A model generated the notes under the pieces. It had not been told where the DNA came from, searched no databases, and was given only the letters and a program-made list of their open reading frames with translations. Source: Thermostichus sp. DRC_bins_24 (GTDB lineage: Bacteria > Cyanobacteriota > Cyanobacteriia > Thermostichales > Thermostichaceae). From it: 64,000 nt of DNA. Both the position numbers and the translations under genes were made by a program. Positions 19,226-28,590 of this stretch are shown piece by piece; the stretch's first letter is position 1; every line of letters begins with the position of its first letter. The stretch is from NCBI GenBank assembly GCA_039794845.1, contig JAUQVK010000044.1:1-64000 (forward strand). Reading direction: 5' to 3'.

Positions 19226-21592
19226 ATGGATCCGGTCACCCCCTTTTCTCCTGTGCGTCGTTTTCGTCCCCTGGCCACCTTGGCCCTCACCGTTGGGATC
19301 CTGACGGGGCTGGGAGTCGGGGGCTATGTTCTGTTACAGCAGTTGCGGCTGCAGCTGCATCGGGATTTGATCAACTACCGGTACACTGCTTTTTCTGCTT
19401 TTGGCTATGGGGACTCGGAAGGGTTCGAGCCCGGCCAGACCGATCGCTGGTTTCCCCTCACTTACCCGGTGTTGGCCCGCTGGGGGGAATCCGCCGATCC
19501 GGTGCGCAGCAGCTACGCCTTTCAAACCCTGCAAGGCCATGGTCTGCCCTACAGCCGTTGGTGGTTGGAGGATCGCCTGCGACAAAACCCGGCTCAGTTT
19601 TTCACCCCAGCGGCACTCTTCGGGGGCTACGACTACTCAAGCGGACAGGTGGTTGCGCCCCGATACGAGCTGTTTGGGTTGGATCGACCCGAGTCGGTGA
19701 CGCGCTTAACAGAGCTGGCTTTGGCCGGGATCCAAGCCGACAGCCCAGACTGGAGCTTTAACCTCAACTGGCTCAACAGCCTCCTAACTCAGGAGGCATT
19801 TCCCTTTCGAGATCGGGTCTATGGGGTGCTGCTCCCCGCCTTGCAAAGTAGCCCCCCGGCCCGGGCAGAGAAACTCTTGAGCGCCTTACCCTACGGAGAG
19901 GAAGGGATCCCCACTTGGGCCTTATCCGAGGTGCGGGCGGTACGGGAGCGGGTGCTGGACGGCGGGGCTTCCTCCCCCTACATCGATTTTTATGCGCGTG
20001 CCGACCAGGTGCTGGCCCTAGAACAGCCGACGGTGCAAAGGGTACGCCCCCTTTATGAAGATCTGCCCCCCTCATCCCGAGAATTTTTTCTGTTGCAGAT
20101 AGCGGATCCCGAAACCCTCAACCCTGCCGCTCAGGTGCTGTTGCGCAGTGTGGTGGCGGATGAGGCCGATCCACAGCGGGTTTTGGCTGCCGCTCTCCTT
20201 TACTTGAAAGGGGATCCAACCGGGGAACCTCTGCTGCAGGTGGCCCTGAATGAAGAGTTTGGCTTTCTTTACGGCATCGGTGACTATCTGGTGTTGTTAC
20301 AGTTGGCGGAGGCTTTTCCCAATTCCCGCTTTACCCGCGCCTGCCAGGAGTATGCCCAAATTCGGGGGGGTAGCTATTTTGGCCATTTCCCCTACGATTT
20401 TGAGACCGGAGAGCGGATCTCGCGTCCCTTTCCCCCAGCCGAGGAAGAGGCCCGGTGGCGCACTTGGCTGGCGACCTATCCTGATCACCCCGGTGCCGAC
20501 GATGCCTTTTTCTGGCTGACCCGCACGCTGGAGTGGCAGGGCAAACGGAAGGAGGCTCTAACCCATTTGGCGGATTGGGTTGTTGGTCCTTTTGGCGATG
20601 GGGATATGCGCTATTCTTTGCGTTCTCGTCTGCTTTTGCTTTTGGATACGGGCACCTCTCGCAGCGACCTAGAAACTTTCTTGTCTGACCATAGCGATCA
20701 CCCATTGGCGACGGCAGTCCGCTATGCGCTGGCGGTTCGCCATGCCCGCGAGCACCGTTACGACCAAGCGCTGCAACTCACGGAAAATCTGTCTTTGGAT
20801 GCCCTGCTGGATCGCTACCCCCTGCTGGATGGCAGCTATTGGCTGAGCGACTGGGATCCCGAAGCAGGCACCCGCCCCCGGTTGGATCCCGAGCTACAGG
20901 GGCAACGGGAACGCTGGCGCAAGCTCAGCCGTTGGCAAAATCAATCCACCCCGCAACAACGCTACCAACTGGCCGCCCACTGGGCCTCGTTTCAGGGTTG
21001 GCGCAATGGCTATCTGTGGCTGTTTAACCAAACCCGTGCCGCCAGCCTCAACTGGGATCCCCTCCAACCGCCACCACCCGAAGCGACCTCCTCCTTAACC
21101 GACCATCAACGGGCCAATCACCACGCCGTTGCTGCCCAGTTGTTCGGATCCCTGCTACAGGATCCCGCCACCCCTGCCGACGTGCAGGAGAAAAGCCTCT
21201 ACTGGCAGGTGGTGATTCTTTATCGTCAGTACACCAGCTATCCACCCGGGGAGACCGAGGCCATCCACCCCTTGCCCGGTTTTCCGGCCGCCATAGGGGA
21301 AGATGCCAGCCTATTCAATACTCCCCTTCCCGACTATGTGGATCCCGGCAGCCCTGGCTACCGCTACTTTCTGGAGGCCAAGGCCCTGCAAAATTGGTAT
21401 GCACGGCAGGCGATCCAGGCCGGAAATGAGTTGTTGGCCCGCTTTCCCCGCAGCCGTTATGCCGGTGATGTGTTGATGTCTCTGTACGGTCTGACGGTGG
21501 ACATCACCTTTCTAGAGCGTTTATTGGCGCAATTCCCTGACAGTGAACGGGCCCTGGAGGCGGAGTATGCGCTGGGCTTGAACGCGTACTGA
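19226..21592 (+). CDS. Membrane-anchored alpha-solenoid (HEAT/TPR-like) hypothetical protein
   Basis: N-terminal TM; BamD/TPR-like motifs YPDHPGADDA, FPRSRYAGD, FPDSERA. Confidence 0.7.
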   Translation: MDPVTPFSPVRRFRPLATLALTVGILTGLGVGGYVLLQQLRLQLHRDLINYRYTAFSAFGYGDSEGFEPGQTDRWFPLTYPVLARWGESADPVRSSYAFQTLQGHGLPYSRWWLEDRLRQNPAQFFTPAALFGGYDYSSGQVVAPRYELFGLDRPESVTRLTELALAGIQADSPDWSFNLNWLNSLLTQEAFPFRDRVYGVLLPALQSSPPARAEKLLSALPYGEEGIPTWALSEVRAVRERVLDGGASSPYIDFYARADQVLALEQPTVQRVRPLYEDLPPSSREFFLLQIADPETLNPAAQVLLRSVVADEADPQRVLAAALLYLKGDPTGEPLLQVALNEEFGFLYGIGDYLVLLQLAEAFPNSRFTRACQEYAQIRGGSYFGHFPYDFETGERISRPFPPAEEEARWRTWLATYPDHPGADDAFFWLTRTLEWQGKRKEALTHLADWVVGPFGDGDMRYSLRSRLLLLLDTGTSRSDLETFLSDHSDHPLATAVRYALAVRHAREHRYDQALQLTENLSLDALLDRYPLLDGSYWLSDWDPEAGTRPRLDPELQGQRERWRKLSRWQNQSTPQQRYQLAAHWASFQGWRNGYLWLFNQTRAASLNWDPLQPPPPEATSSLTDHQRANHHAVAAQLFGSLLQDPATPADVQEKSLYWQVVILYRQYTSYPPGETEAIHPLPGFPAAIGEDASLFNTPLPDYVDPGSPGYRYFLEAKALQNWYARQAIQAGNELLARFPRSRYAGDVLMSLYGLTVDITFLERLLAQFPDSERALEAEYALGLNAY

Positions 21593-21856
21593 TTATTGTT
21601 GATGCTTATTGTTGATGCGTGTCATTGATGCGTGGTGGCGTGGGGGCACACTAATATCAGCTCCGTATCAGCTCAATGTGTTGACTTTCATAACATTTAC
21701 GACATCTACGAACCTATGTATGAGCTCAGTATCAGCAAAGCTGGTAGCTGTTCCTTTGACAAGGATATTCTTAAGTGAATTCACGGAACATCGACGGGGG
21801 TCTGTGTTCTTATCCCCTCGTCTCCGATGGCAAGCCGACCCAAGCCGTGTTGAGAC

Positions 21857-22402
21857 ATGAGGGGCCGATCGATGGATCCCGCCACCTTTTTGGAGCACTA
21901 TGGGTTTGAGTTGGAGGGGCAATCTGGCCAGGTTTGGGTGGAGCACTGGAGCAAGCTGTTCCCGACCCGTTGGATCCCGGCGGCTCTCATCGAAGCGCTC
22001 TACCAAGGGCGGTACAAGGCCACCTCCGTTGAACAGATTCTGCGCCTCTGGCAACGACGTGGGTGTCCTCACCTGACTTTTCCCCCCGAGATCAGCCAAT
22101 CCCTTTGGTGGGAGCAACAAGAGCTGATCCGCTCCTTGGCTTTGGCCGCCCGTACCGCCACTCCTCGCCCCCATTCTTCCACAACACCCCAGGTGGCACC
22201 CGAGTGCGGATCCCTGATTCCCCCAGCCATATCCCTCAACTTTTTGTTGGGGCAGTTGCAGGATCTCCCCCCCAAGCTGCGCCACCTGATCAGCTCACCG
22301 GATCCCGCACCGCTTGGCCGGCAATCCGAGACAACCCTGGGGCTACACCCCACCGTTGCTGACCCTCCCGATCCGACGGAGCACCCTCAAGGCCAAACTT
22401 AA
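21857..22402 (+). CDS. Conserved cyanobacterial hypothetical protein
   Basis: YGFEL...ALIEALYQGRYKATSVEQILRLWQRRG motif. Confidence 0.75.
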   Translation: MRGRSMDPATFLEHYGFELEGQSGQVWVEHWSKLFPTRWIPAALIEALYQGRYKATSVEQILRLWQRRGCPHLTFPPEISQSLWWEQQELIRSLALAARTATPRPHSSTTPQVAPECGSLIPPAISLNFLLGQLQDLPPKLRHLISSPDPAPLGRQSETTLGLHPTVADPPDPTEHPQGQT

Positions 22403-22438
22403 TGGGTTGGTCATTTCCATTCCTCAGGGATCCTTGCC

Positions 22439-22933
22439 ATGTCTTTTTCCCCCGATTTTGCCTCTTTGCCCTGTGGGGTGATCACCGTCAGCGATACCCG
22501 CACCCCCGCAACCGATCACAGTGGCCAGCTCATCTGCACGGCCCTACGGGAGGCGGGTCACGCGGTGGCCGACTATCACATTCTCAAGGATGACCCTCAG
22601 GCCATTCGAGCGCTTGTTCAGGATTGGGCCGGATCCCTGCCGGTGATTTTGTTAAATGGCGGCACTGGCATTGCCCCCCGCGACACCACCTATGACGCCA
22701 TCGAAGCTCTCCTGGAGAAAACGCTGCCCGGTTTTGGAGAAATTTTCCGCCAGCTCAGCTATGCCCAGGTCGGCAGTCGGGCCATCGCCTCACGGGCCAT
22801 TGCCGGGATCCATCGAAACAGCCTGATCTTCTCCATGCCCGGATCCACGGCAGCGGTGCAACTGGCCATGCACAGCCTGATTCTGCCGGAACTGACCCAT
22901 CTGGTGAAGCAACTCCACCAGGGCAAGCATTGA
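22439..22933 (+). CDS. moaB: Molybdenum cofactor biosynthesis protein B (MoaB/MogA family)
   Basis: ITVSDTR, GGTGIAPRDTT, LPGFGEIFR, SMPGS. Confidence 0.9.
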   Translation: MSFSPDFASLPCGVITVSDTRTPATDHSGQLICTALREAGHAVADYHILKDDPQAIRALVQDWAGSLPVILLNGGTGIAPRDTTYDAIEALLEKTLPGFGEIFRQLSYAQVGSRAIASRAIAGIHRNSLIFSMPGSTAAVQLAMHSLILPELTHLVKQLHQGKH

Positions 22934-23037
22934 GCTAAAAAACAAAACAAGGGCTCCCGGCCCACCCTTGGGAATCCTCCCACGAAAGGAAAAGGATGGG
23001 TCGGGAGGTGACCTACGGGGATCCCTGGATCCTCTCC

Positions 23038-24285
23038 TTAGGCCACGACCGCCAGCGCTTCCTCTCGAAGCAGAGCGGCTTTGTCGGTGCGCTCCCAGGG
23101 CAGATCGAGATGGGTTTGCCCAAAGTGCCCGTAGGCAGCCACGTTTTGGTAGAAACGCCCTCCCCGTTGGCGAGGCAATTCCCGCAGCTGGAAATGCGCC
23201 AGAATCGCCGCCGGCCTCAGGTCAAAATGGCGCTGCACCAGCCGCAGCAGTTCTTCATCGGAAATGCGCCCCGTGCCAAAGGTTTCCACCAAAAGGTTGA
23301 TCGGGCGGGCCACCCCAATCGCATAGCTCACCTGCACTTCACACTTTTGCGCTAGACCCGCAGCCACGATGTTTTTGGCCACGTACCGGGCGGCGTAGGC
23401 AGCGCTGCGATCCACCTTAGTGGGATCCTTGCCAGAGAACGCCCCACCCCCGTGGCGAGAGTAGCCGCCGTAGGTATCGACGATAATTTTCCGTCCGGTT
23501 AAGCCCGCATCCCCCTGGGGACCGCCGATGACAAATTTGCCGGTGGGGTTGGTGAGAAAGCGGGTATTGCCATCCGGCTTGACGGCCAACTCCGCAAAGA
23601 CTGGATTGACCACCGCTTCCCAAAGATCGGCCCGAATCCGCTCTTGCACGGCAGCATCTTCGGTAATCGATTCGATGGTCGGGGTGTGCTGAGTAGAGAT
23701 CAGCAGGGTGTGAATGCCCACCGGGCGGCCCCCTTCATAGGCGACGGTCACCTGGGTTTTGCCATCCGGGCGCAGATAGGGCAAGGTGCCATTTTTCCGA
23801 ACCGTGGCCAATTGGCGACTGAGGCGGTGGGCCAAGCTAATGGGTAAGGGCATGAGTTCAGGCGTTTCATCGCAGGCAAAGCCAAACATCAAGCCCTGAT
23901 CCCCAGCCCCAACCGAGTCAAAGTGGTCTTCCTGGGATCCGCGATTTTCCAGCGCCACGTTCACCCCTTGGGCAATATCGGGAGATTGTTCATCCAAAGC
24001 CACCAACACGGCACAGCTTTCGGAGCAGAAGCCGTTTTTGGCGTCGGTGTAACCAATTTCTGCTACCTTCTCCCGCACCAGGCGGGTGAAGTTGACCTGT
24101 GCTTGCGAGGTGATCTCGCCCGTCAGGATCACCAAGCCCGTGTTGACCACCACCTCCGCTGCCACTCGGCTGAAGGGATCCGCCGTCAAGAGAGCATCAA
24201 GGACGGTATCGGAGATCTGATCACAAATCTTGTCGGGGTGCCCTTCTGTCACCGACTCGGAGGAAAACAAAAACGACTTGGACAA
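23038..24285 (-). CDS. metK: S-adenosylmethionine synthetase
   Basis: [29 protein letters not shown] start preceded by AAGGAG. Confidence 0.97.
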   Translation of the reverse strand: MSKSFLFSSESVTEGHPDKICDQISDTVLDALLTADPFSRVAAEVVVNTGLVILTGEITSQAQVNFTRLVREKVAEIGYTDAKNGFCSESCAVLVALDEQSPDIAQGVNVALENRGSQEDHFDSVGAGDQGLMFGFACDETPELMPLPISLAHRLSRQLATVRKNGTLPYLRPDGKTQVTVAYEGGRPVGIHTLLISTQHTPTIESITEDAAVQERIRADLWEAVVNPVFAELAVKPDGNTRFLTNPTGKFVIGGPQGDAGLTGRKIIVDTYGGYSRHGGGAFSGKDPTKVDRSAAYAARYVAKNIVAAGLAQKCEVQVSYAIGVARPINLLVETFGTGRISDEELLRLVQRHFDLRPAAILAHFQLRELPRQRGGRFYQNVAAYGHFGQTHLDLPWERTDKAALLREEALAVVA

Positions 24286-24485
24286 CGGACTTCTCCTTGA
24301 TGAAAAACGATACAGACAGGTTCGTTCATCATCCGCAAAGGAAGCTGGAGGTTGCTGTTCATCCCTCAAACCCAACTGGGCCAGAGGAGGGGCTTATCAG
24401 TGCTGTGGAGCCGCTAAAGGGTGAAGTTACAGGAAAACCCCTCATTCAAGAGGGATTGCCTGGGGAAAACTTTTTTCCTTTATTT

Positions 24486-24599
24486 TCCTTTATCTTTCGG
24501 TTACTGACTAACCGCAGGAATTAGCACCGTAGCGGAGACTTCCGCCGGGTTGCCGCAGCTTCGTTGGGCCTGATCCCTCAGTCTGCTCTGGATAAAGAA
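24486..24599 (-). ncRNA. SAM-I (S-box) riboswitch
   Basis: Minus strand ttcttTATCCAGAG-cagactGAGGGAtcaGGCCC-aacGAAgctgcGGCAACC-hairpin-GGTGCTAATTCC-tgcggttagtcagtaaccg-AAAGATAAAG; all conserved blocks in order, P1 ctttatc/gataaag, upstream of metK. Confidence 0.95.
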
Positions 24600-24721
24600 C
24601 GGAACTAACGATATGTTACCCCCAATACTTGGAAGTTTGTCAAAAAGTTGGGCCAACCGGAAGGGGGATCCCACCCGGCCAGGAACCGTCGGGAATGCTT
24701 TTTTCGGAGAATGCCCAGGCC

Positions 24722-25090
24722 CTAGCCAAACAGCCCTTGCCACCAATCGGTCTCGCGAGCTGCATTGAGAAACGCTGCCCCCGTCAGTCCCAGCGGGAAA
24801 AGAATGCCGATAAACCCAACCGTCCCCAACAACCCAGCCAGGCGATGTCGATAATTTTTGCCCCCTGGATCCCGCACATCCTCTGCAGAAGCGGTGAGCA
24901 TCGATCCTAGGGCAGCCAACAGGGATCCCCCCAAACCCGCCAAATAACTGGGTGCCAGCCAGGGTTCCAACTCAGCGGCAGAGATGATTTTGATGCGGGG
25001 CAACACTTGAAAGCAGCCCACCGCCAGCACTGCCCAGATGAAGCAGTAAATCAGCAGGCTATCTCGGAAGACGGCAGCCGGTTCTTTCAT
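24722..25090 (-). CDS. Hypothetical membrane protein
   Basis: Three hydrophobic segments. Confidence 0.65.
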   Translation of the reverse strand: MKEPAAVFRDSLLIYCFIWAVLAVGCFQVLPRIKIISAAELEPWLAPSYLAGLGGSLLAALGSMLTASAEDVRDPGGKNYRHRLAGLLGTVGFIGILFPLGLTGAAFLNAARETDWWQGLFG

Positions 25091-25161
25091 GGGCGCAGCC
25101 GGATTAGGATGAGGACGGTCTGCTGTGCGCGATTTTGAGGTGTTTCGTATTGCTCTCAATT

Positions 25162-25863
25162 ATGTCTCATCTGTCTCAACTGCCTCTGTCTTTTCCTGGG
25201 ATCCCTTCGGCTTCAACCACACCCGAACCGGAGGCGGTGACCGACCCGAATCAACGGCACCGGCAGAAGATGCGTCAACGGCAGCAGGTGCAACGGCAAC
25301 GCCTGTCGGGAATGCGAGACGACAAAGGCTTGATCATCGTGCATACGGGGCAGGGTAAAGGAAAAAGTACCGCTGCCTTTGGCATGATTTTCCGAGCCCT
25401 CGGCCAAGGGTTGTCGGTGGGAGTGGTGCAGTTTATCAAGGGGGCCTGGGATCCGGGCGAGGCAAAGTTGTTACGAAAATTAGCCCATGATGAGGCAATG
25501 GGGCTGGGGAAAATCGCCTTTCATGCCATGGGGGAGGGCTTTACCTGGGAAACCCAGGATCGCGAGCGGGATATGGCCCATGCTCAAGCGGCTTGGGAAA
25601 AGGGACGCGAATTGTTCACCTCTGGGGACTATGCGCTGGTGTTGCTGGATGAGGTGAATGTCGCCCTCAAGTTAGGATACCTGCCGGTGGAACAGGTTTT
25701 GGCTGGGCTAGCGGAAAAACCGGAGCGGATCCATGTGATCCTGACCGGGCGGGGGGCACCAGCACCCCTGATTGATCGGGCAGATTTGGTGACTGAGATG
25801 ACCCTGGTCAAACACCCCTTTCGAGATCAAGGGATTAAAGCGCAGATCGGTGTCGAGTTTTAG
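25162..25863 (+). CDS. cobO: Cob(I)yrinic acid a,c-diamide adenosyltransferase
   Basis: HTGQGKGKSTAAFG, QFIKG, GEGFTWETQD, LLDEVN, KHPF. Confidence 0.95.
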   Translation: MSHLSQLPLSFPGIPSASTTPEPEAVTDPNQRHRQKMRQRQQVQRQRLSGMRDDKGLIIVHTGQGKGKSTAAFGMIFRALGQGLSVGVVQFIKGAWDPGEAKLLRKLAHDEAMGLGKIAFHAMGEGFTWETQDRERDMAHAQAAWEKGRELFTSGDYALVLLDEVNVALKLGYLPVEQVLAGLAEKPERIHVILTGRGAPAPLIDRADLVTEMTLVKHPFRDQGIKAQIGVEF

Positions 25864-25952
25864 CCGGGGCTTTTGTAGCGAAGGGCGTGGCGACGTTGCT
25901 GCTGGGAACCGCTTACCCCCCGCAGAGGGCCTGTCTTGCGGAGAGGGTAGAG

Positions 25953-26513
25953 CTAGAACCGTTCATCAGCTGGTTGGTCGCACCCGGCGAACCCCTCTGC
26001 AGCCAGCATCGCCTCGATGAGGGATCCCCCCTGTTGCCGACAACGTTGGATCAGCTCCCCCGATACCCCCACCAACCGTCCCAACCACTCATCCGGAAGC
26101 GGGGTAAGCAAGCTGGGGCCGTAGCGTTGGCAGAGGTGTTGCCAAAGCAGCGCCGCACGCCGCATGCCGGGGTAAGATTCCGTCACCTTTTGCAGCGCCT
26201 CGGCACTGTGGGCCCGGCGACGATAACCCCACTGGCGCTCCAAAAAGGTGGCAGGAGCCTGCAAATAAACTTGGCCAATGGGCAAAACTGCCCGACAATT
26301 GCGGTCGATGGCCATGCCGACGGCTCCGCCAAATTCCACCAGCTCAACGGTGTGGGGTTTCTCCAGCAGCAAGCCGTGGGCTCCCAGGCCCTTCACCAGC
26401 CAAACCTGGCCGCTGCGCACATGCTCCAGCAGAGTGAGGGGATCCCAGCAGCCAGCCCAGGGCGGGGATCCCACCAGCTTTTCCGCAGGATCGGGTTCTA
26501 CAGCACCGGGCAT
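25953..26513 (-). CDS. Hypothetical protein with C-terminal HTH-like segment
   Basis: LPDEWLGRLVGVSGELIQRCR; starts just after the stop of the upstream gene. Confidence 0.6.
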   Translation of the reverse strand: MPGAVEPDPAEKLVGSPPWAGCWDPLTLLEHVRSGQVWLVKGLGAHGLLLEKPHTVELVEFGGAVGMAIDRNCRAVLPIGQVYLQAPATFLERQWGYRRRAHSAEALQKVTESYPGMRRAALLWQHLCQRYGPSLLTPLPDEWLGRLVGVSGELIQRCRQQGGSLIEAMLAAEGFAGCDQPADERF

Positions 26514-26514
26514 T

Positions 26515-27006
26515 TCATAGACGTTGATGGGTATGGGGGTGCTGCTTGATGTTGTCGGCATCGCTCACCTCCACCACCGCATTGATGATTCGTCGGGGCT
26601 CGACACTGTGATTGAGCTTAAACACCCCCTGTTCTGGGGTACAGGTTTGATGGAGAGGAATGTATCGAAACTCGGGCTTACTGCGATAAGTGCGCGTGGC
26701 GGCCTGAGCTCGTTCGATAAAGTCTTCCCCAGCAAACACCCCTGGCGGGAAAATATCGGTTGGCAAGGTCGGGATCCCGTCCTTCACAATTTCCCCATAG
26801 GTGGTGGCGTAGAGGAGGGAGTAAGAGGTGCTGCGGCGCTCTTGGGCCAGGCAGTCCAGATCGGCGGCGGGAATCGGTTCTGCCACCCGAACTTCCATCA
26901 GGCGACCCTCCTCATCCCGTTGGAAACAGGTGGCCACTCCCAGCACTACGTATTCCAGTCCCTGTACCGTGCTAGAGCCGAGGCTAATTTGAGCAGTATC
27001 CGACAT
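26515..27006 (-). CDS. Conserved cyanobacterial hypothetical protein
   Basis: YVVLGVATCF...EPIP...ATRTY...DNIKQHPHTH. Confidence 0.75.
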   Translation of the reverse strand: MSDTAQISLGSSTVQGLEYVVLGVATCFQRDEEGRLMEVRVAEPIPAADLDCLAQERRSTSYSLLYATTYGEIVKDGIPTLPTDIFPPGVFAGEDFIERAQAATRTYRSKPEFRYIPLHQTCTPEQGVFKLNHSVEPRRIINAVVEVSDADNIKQHPHTHQRL

Positions 27007-27287
27007 CAATTGCAGATCTCCAAGCCGGTGGGCGGGTCACCTGAGGCTCTGGCGAAGCCAGAACCCCTACCTTTGTCTTCACCATAGCAACAATTTTGGT
27101 GTCGGGCATCTCCACAGGGCTGCGGATGATCCGGGCAAGAATGCCGTGCATCGAGAAGAACATCTGCTTGACGGGGAGCGGTCGCAGCCGTGGGGAAACT
27201 GCGCAGATTCAGGAAGCCGAGAACCTGATATGGTAGGCGTTATCCTGCCTGTTTTGCCCCTTTGCTCAGCGCAGCCACTCACCTGTG

Positions 27288-27827
27288 ATGCGAGAATTGC
27301 CCTCTGATGCTTCCAATCGTGCCAGTGTACCGCTTGGGGATCAAACCCTGGCGTTGATGCGCGTGCAGGATGCTTTGGATCAACTGGAGGCGACTATCCT
27401 CGACAGTCCCCGCCTGTTCTGGTCCCGCACTCTCATCGAAGAAGAAAGCATCCTGGAACAGCTAGACTTCATCCGCCTGAATATGCCGACAGCTCTAGAG
27501 GAAGCGGAAGAGTTGCTGCGGCAGCGGGATCGCATCTTGGTGGAGGCGGATCGCTATGCCCAAGAGATTGTGGCCATGGCCCAACGCCGAGCCGAGCAAC
27601 TCCTCAACGAGTCGACAATCCTGCGGCAAGCCCAAGCTCAGGCGGAGCAACTGTTGCGACAGACCTATCAACAAAGCGAGGAAGTGCGCCGGCAAACCCT
27701 TCAGGAGTCGGATCGCCTGCAACGGGAAGCCCATCACTACGTGGATCAGGTTTTGCAAGATTTGGAGTTGCGGCTGCTGGAGTCTTTGCGGGTGATACGC
27801 AACGGGCGGCAAAATCTTCAGGCTTGA
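27288..27827 (+). CDS. DivIVA-like coiled-coil protein (Cdv3-type cell division protein)
   Basis: LDQLEATILDSPRL...TLIEEESILEQLDFIRLNMP, long coiled coil, IRNGRQ. Confidence 0.75.
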   Translation: MRELPSDASNRASVPLGDQTLALMRVQDALDQLEATILDSPRLFWSRTLIEEESILEQLDFIRLNMPTALEEAEELLRQRDRILVEADRYAQEIVAMAQRRAEQLLNESTILRQAQAQAEQLLRQTYQQSEEVRRQTLQESDRLQREAHHYVDQVLQDLELRLLESLRVIRNGRQNLQA

Positions 27828-28206
27828 GTGATTTGCCTAAGTTATTGGCTAGGGACTGTCCACTTGTCCATTTTTAAGTCAATATAGGGGTAACATCGGA
27901 GCTTGCCTGCCCTAAGGACTCGTGGTAATCAAACTGGCCTCCTTAGGGGAAGACGAAGATAAGCCCCGAATGTCCTGTCAGGAACTCAACCCGCTGCTGA
28001 TCGCTGTTGCACCGAAGGAATCCTGACCCTTTGTGCCGGCTTGACGCAGTTCTCCCTTCGCTTCACCCAAGAGCGCGTGTCACTCTTTCCGGCGATTGTT
28101 CCAGAACTGTACTCATCGAGCCACCTCCGTCAGCGGGCTCACTCCTCAACCTGCGAGTTCCAGTTCCTATCCTTTTGGGGAGCCACCCTGTCGTCTAGGA
28201 GATTCT

Positions 28207-28590
28207 ATGCCCATTGAACCGAAAACCCGTAAGAGCCGTGAAAATGCCAGCCCACGCCTGCGCGACCGTCGTCGTGATTCTGCCAAAGGGAGCAAAGGGG
28301 CCGCTCCAACCATCAGCCTCTCCCTGCCGAAGTTGATCCAAGAAAATGCGGTGCTTCAGTCTCGTAGCCAATTGTTGTTGATGTACAGCGACTTCCAAAC
28401 CGAAATGCCCAACGATGGCAAAACCGGCATCGGCACTTGGCTACAGTCCCGTCTCAAAGAGCATGGCATGCCCAGTCTGATGCGGTTCGGTCCTCGCTCT
28501 CGTCCCCAGGTTTTTCGCCGCGATGAATTTTCCGAGTGGATTAAGCTCGCTCTTGCCCCTGTCAGTTCCAAAAGTGATGCTGCCCGCTAA
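28207..28590 (+). CDS. Basic hypothetical protein, possibly DNA-binding
   Basis: AGGAG SD; Arg/Lys-rich N-terminus; C-terminal GMPSLMRFG...FRRDEFSEWIK. Confidence 0.65.
   Translation: MPIEPKTRKSRENASPRLRDRRRDSAKGSKGAAPTISLSLPKLIQENAVLQSRSQLLLMYSDFQTEMPNDGKTGIGTWLQSRLKEHGMPSLMRFGPRSRPQVFRRDEFSEWIKLALAPVSSKSDAAR

Noticed and set aside
27010..27285. Cobalamin riboswitch near cobO
   Set aside because: The B12-box-like fragment is weak, the core motifs are missing, and it is not upstream of cobO.
27900..28200. Glutamine or c-di-AMP riboswitch
   Set aside because: Only scattered partial words (gacgaagataag, cccgaa..gtcag) without the required order and pairing.
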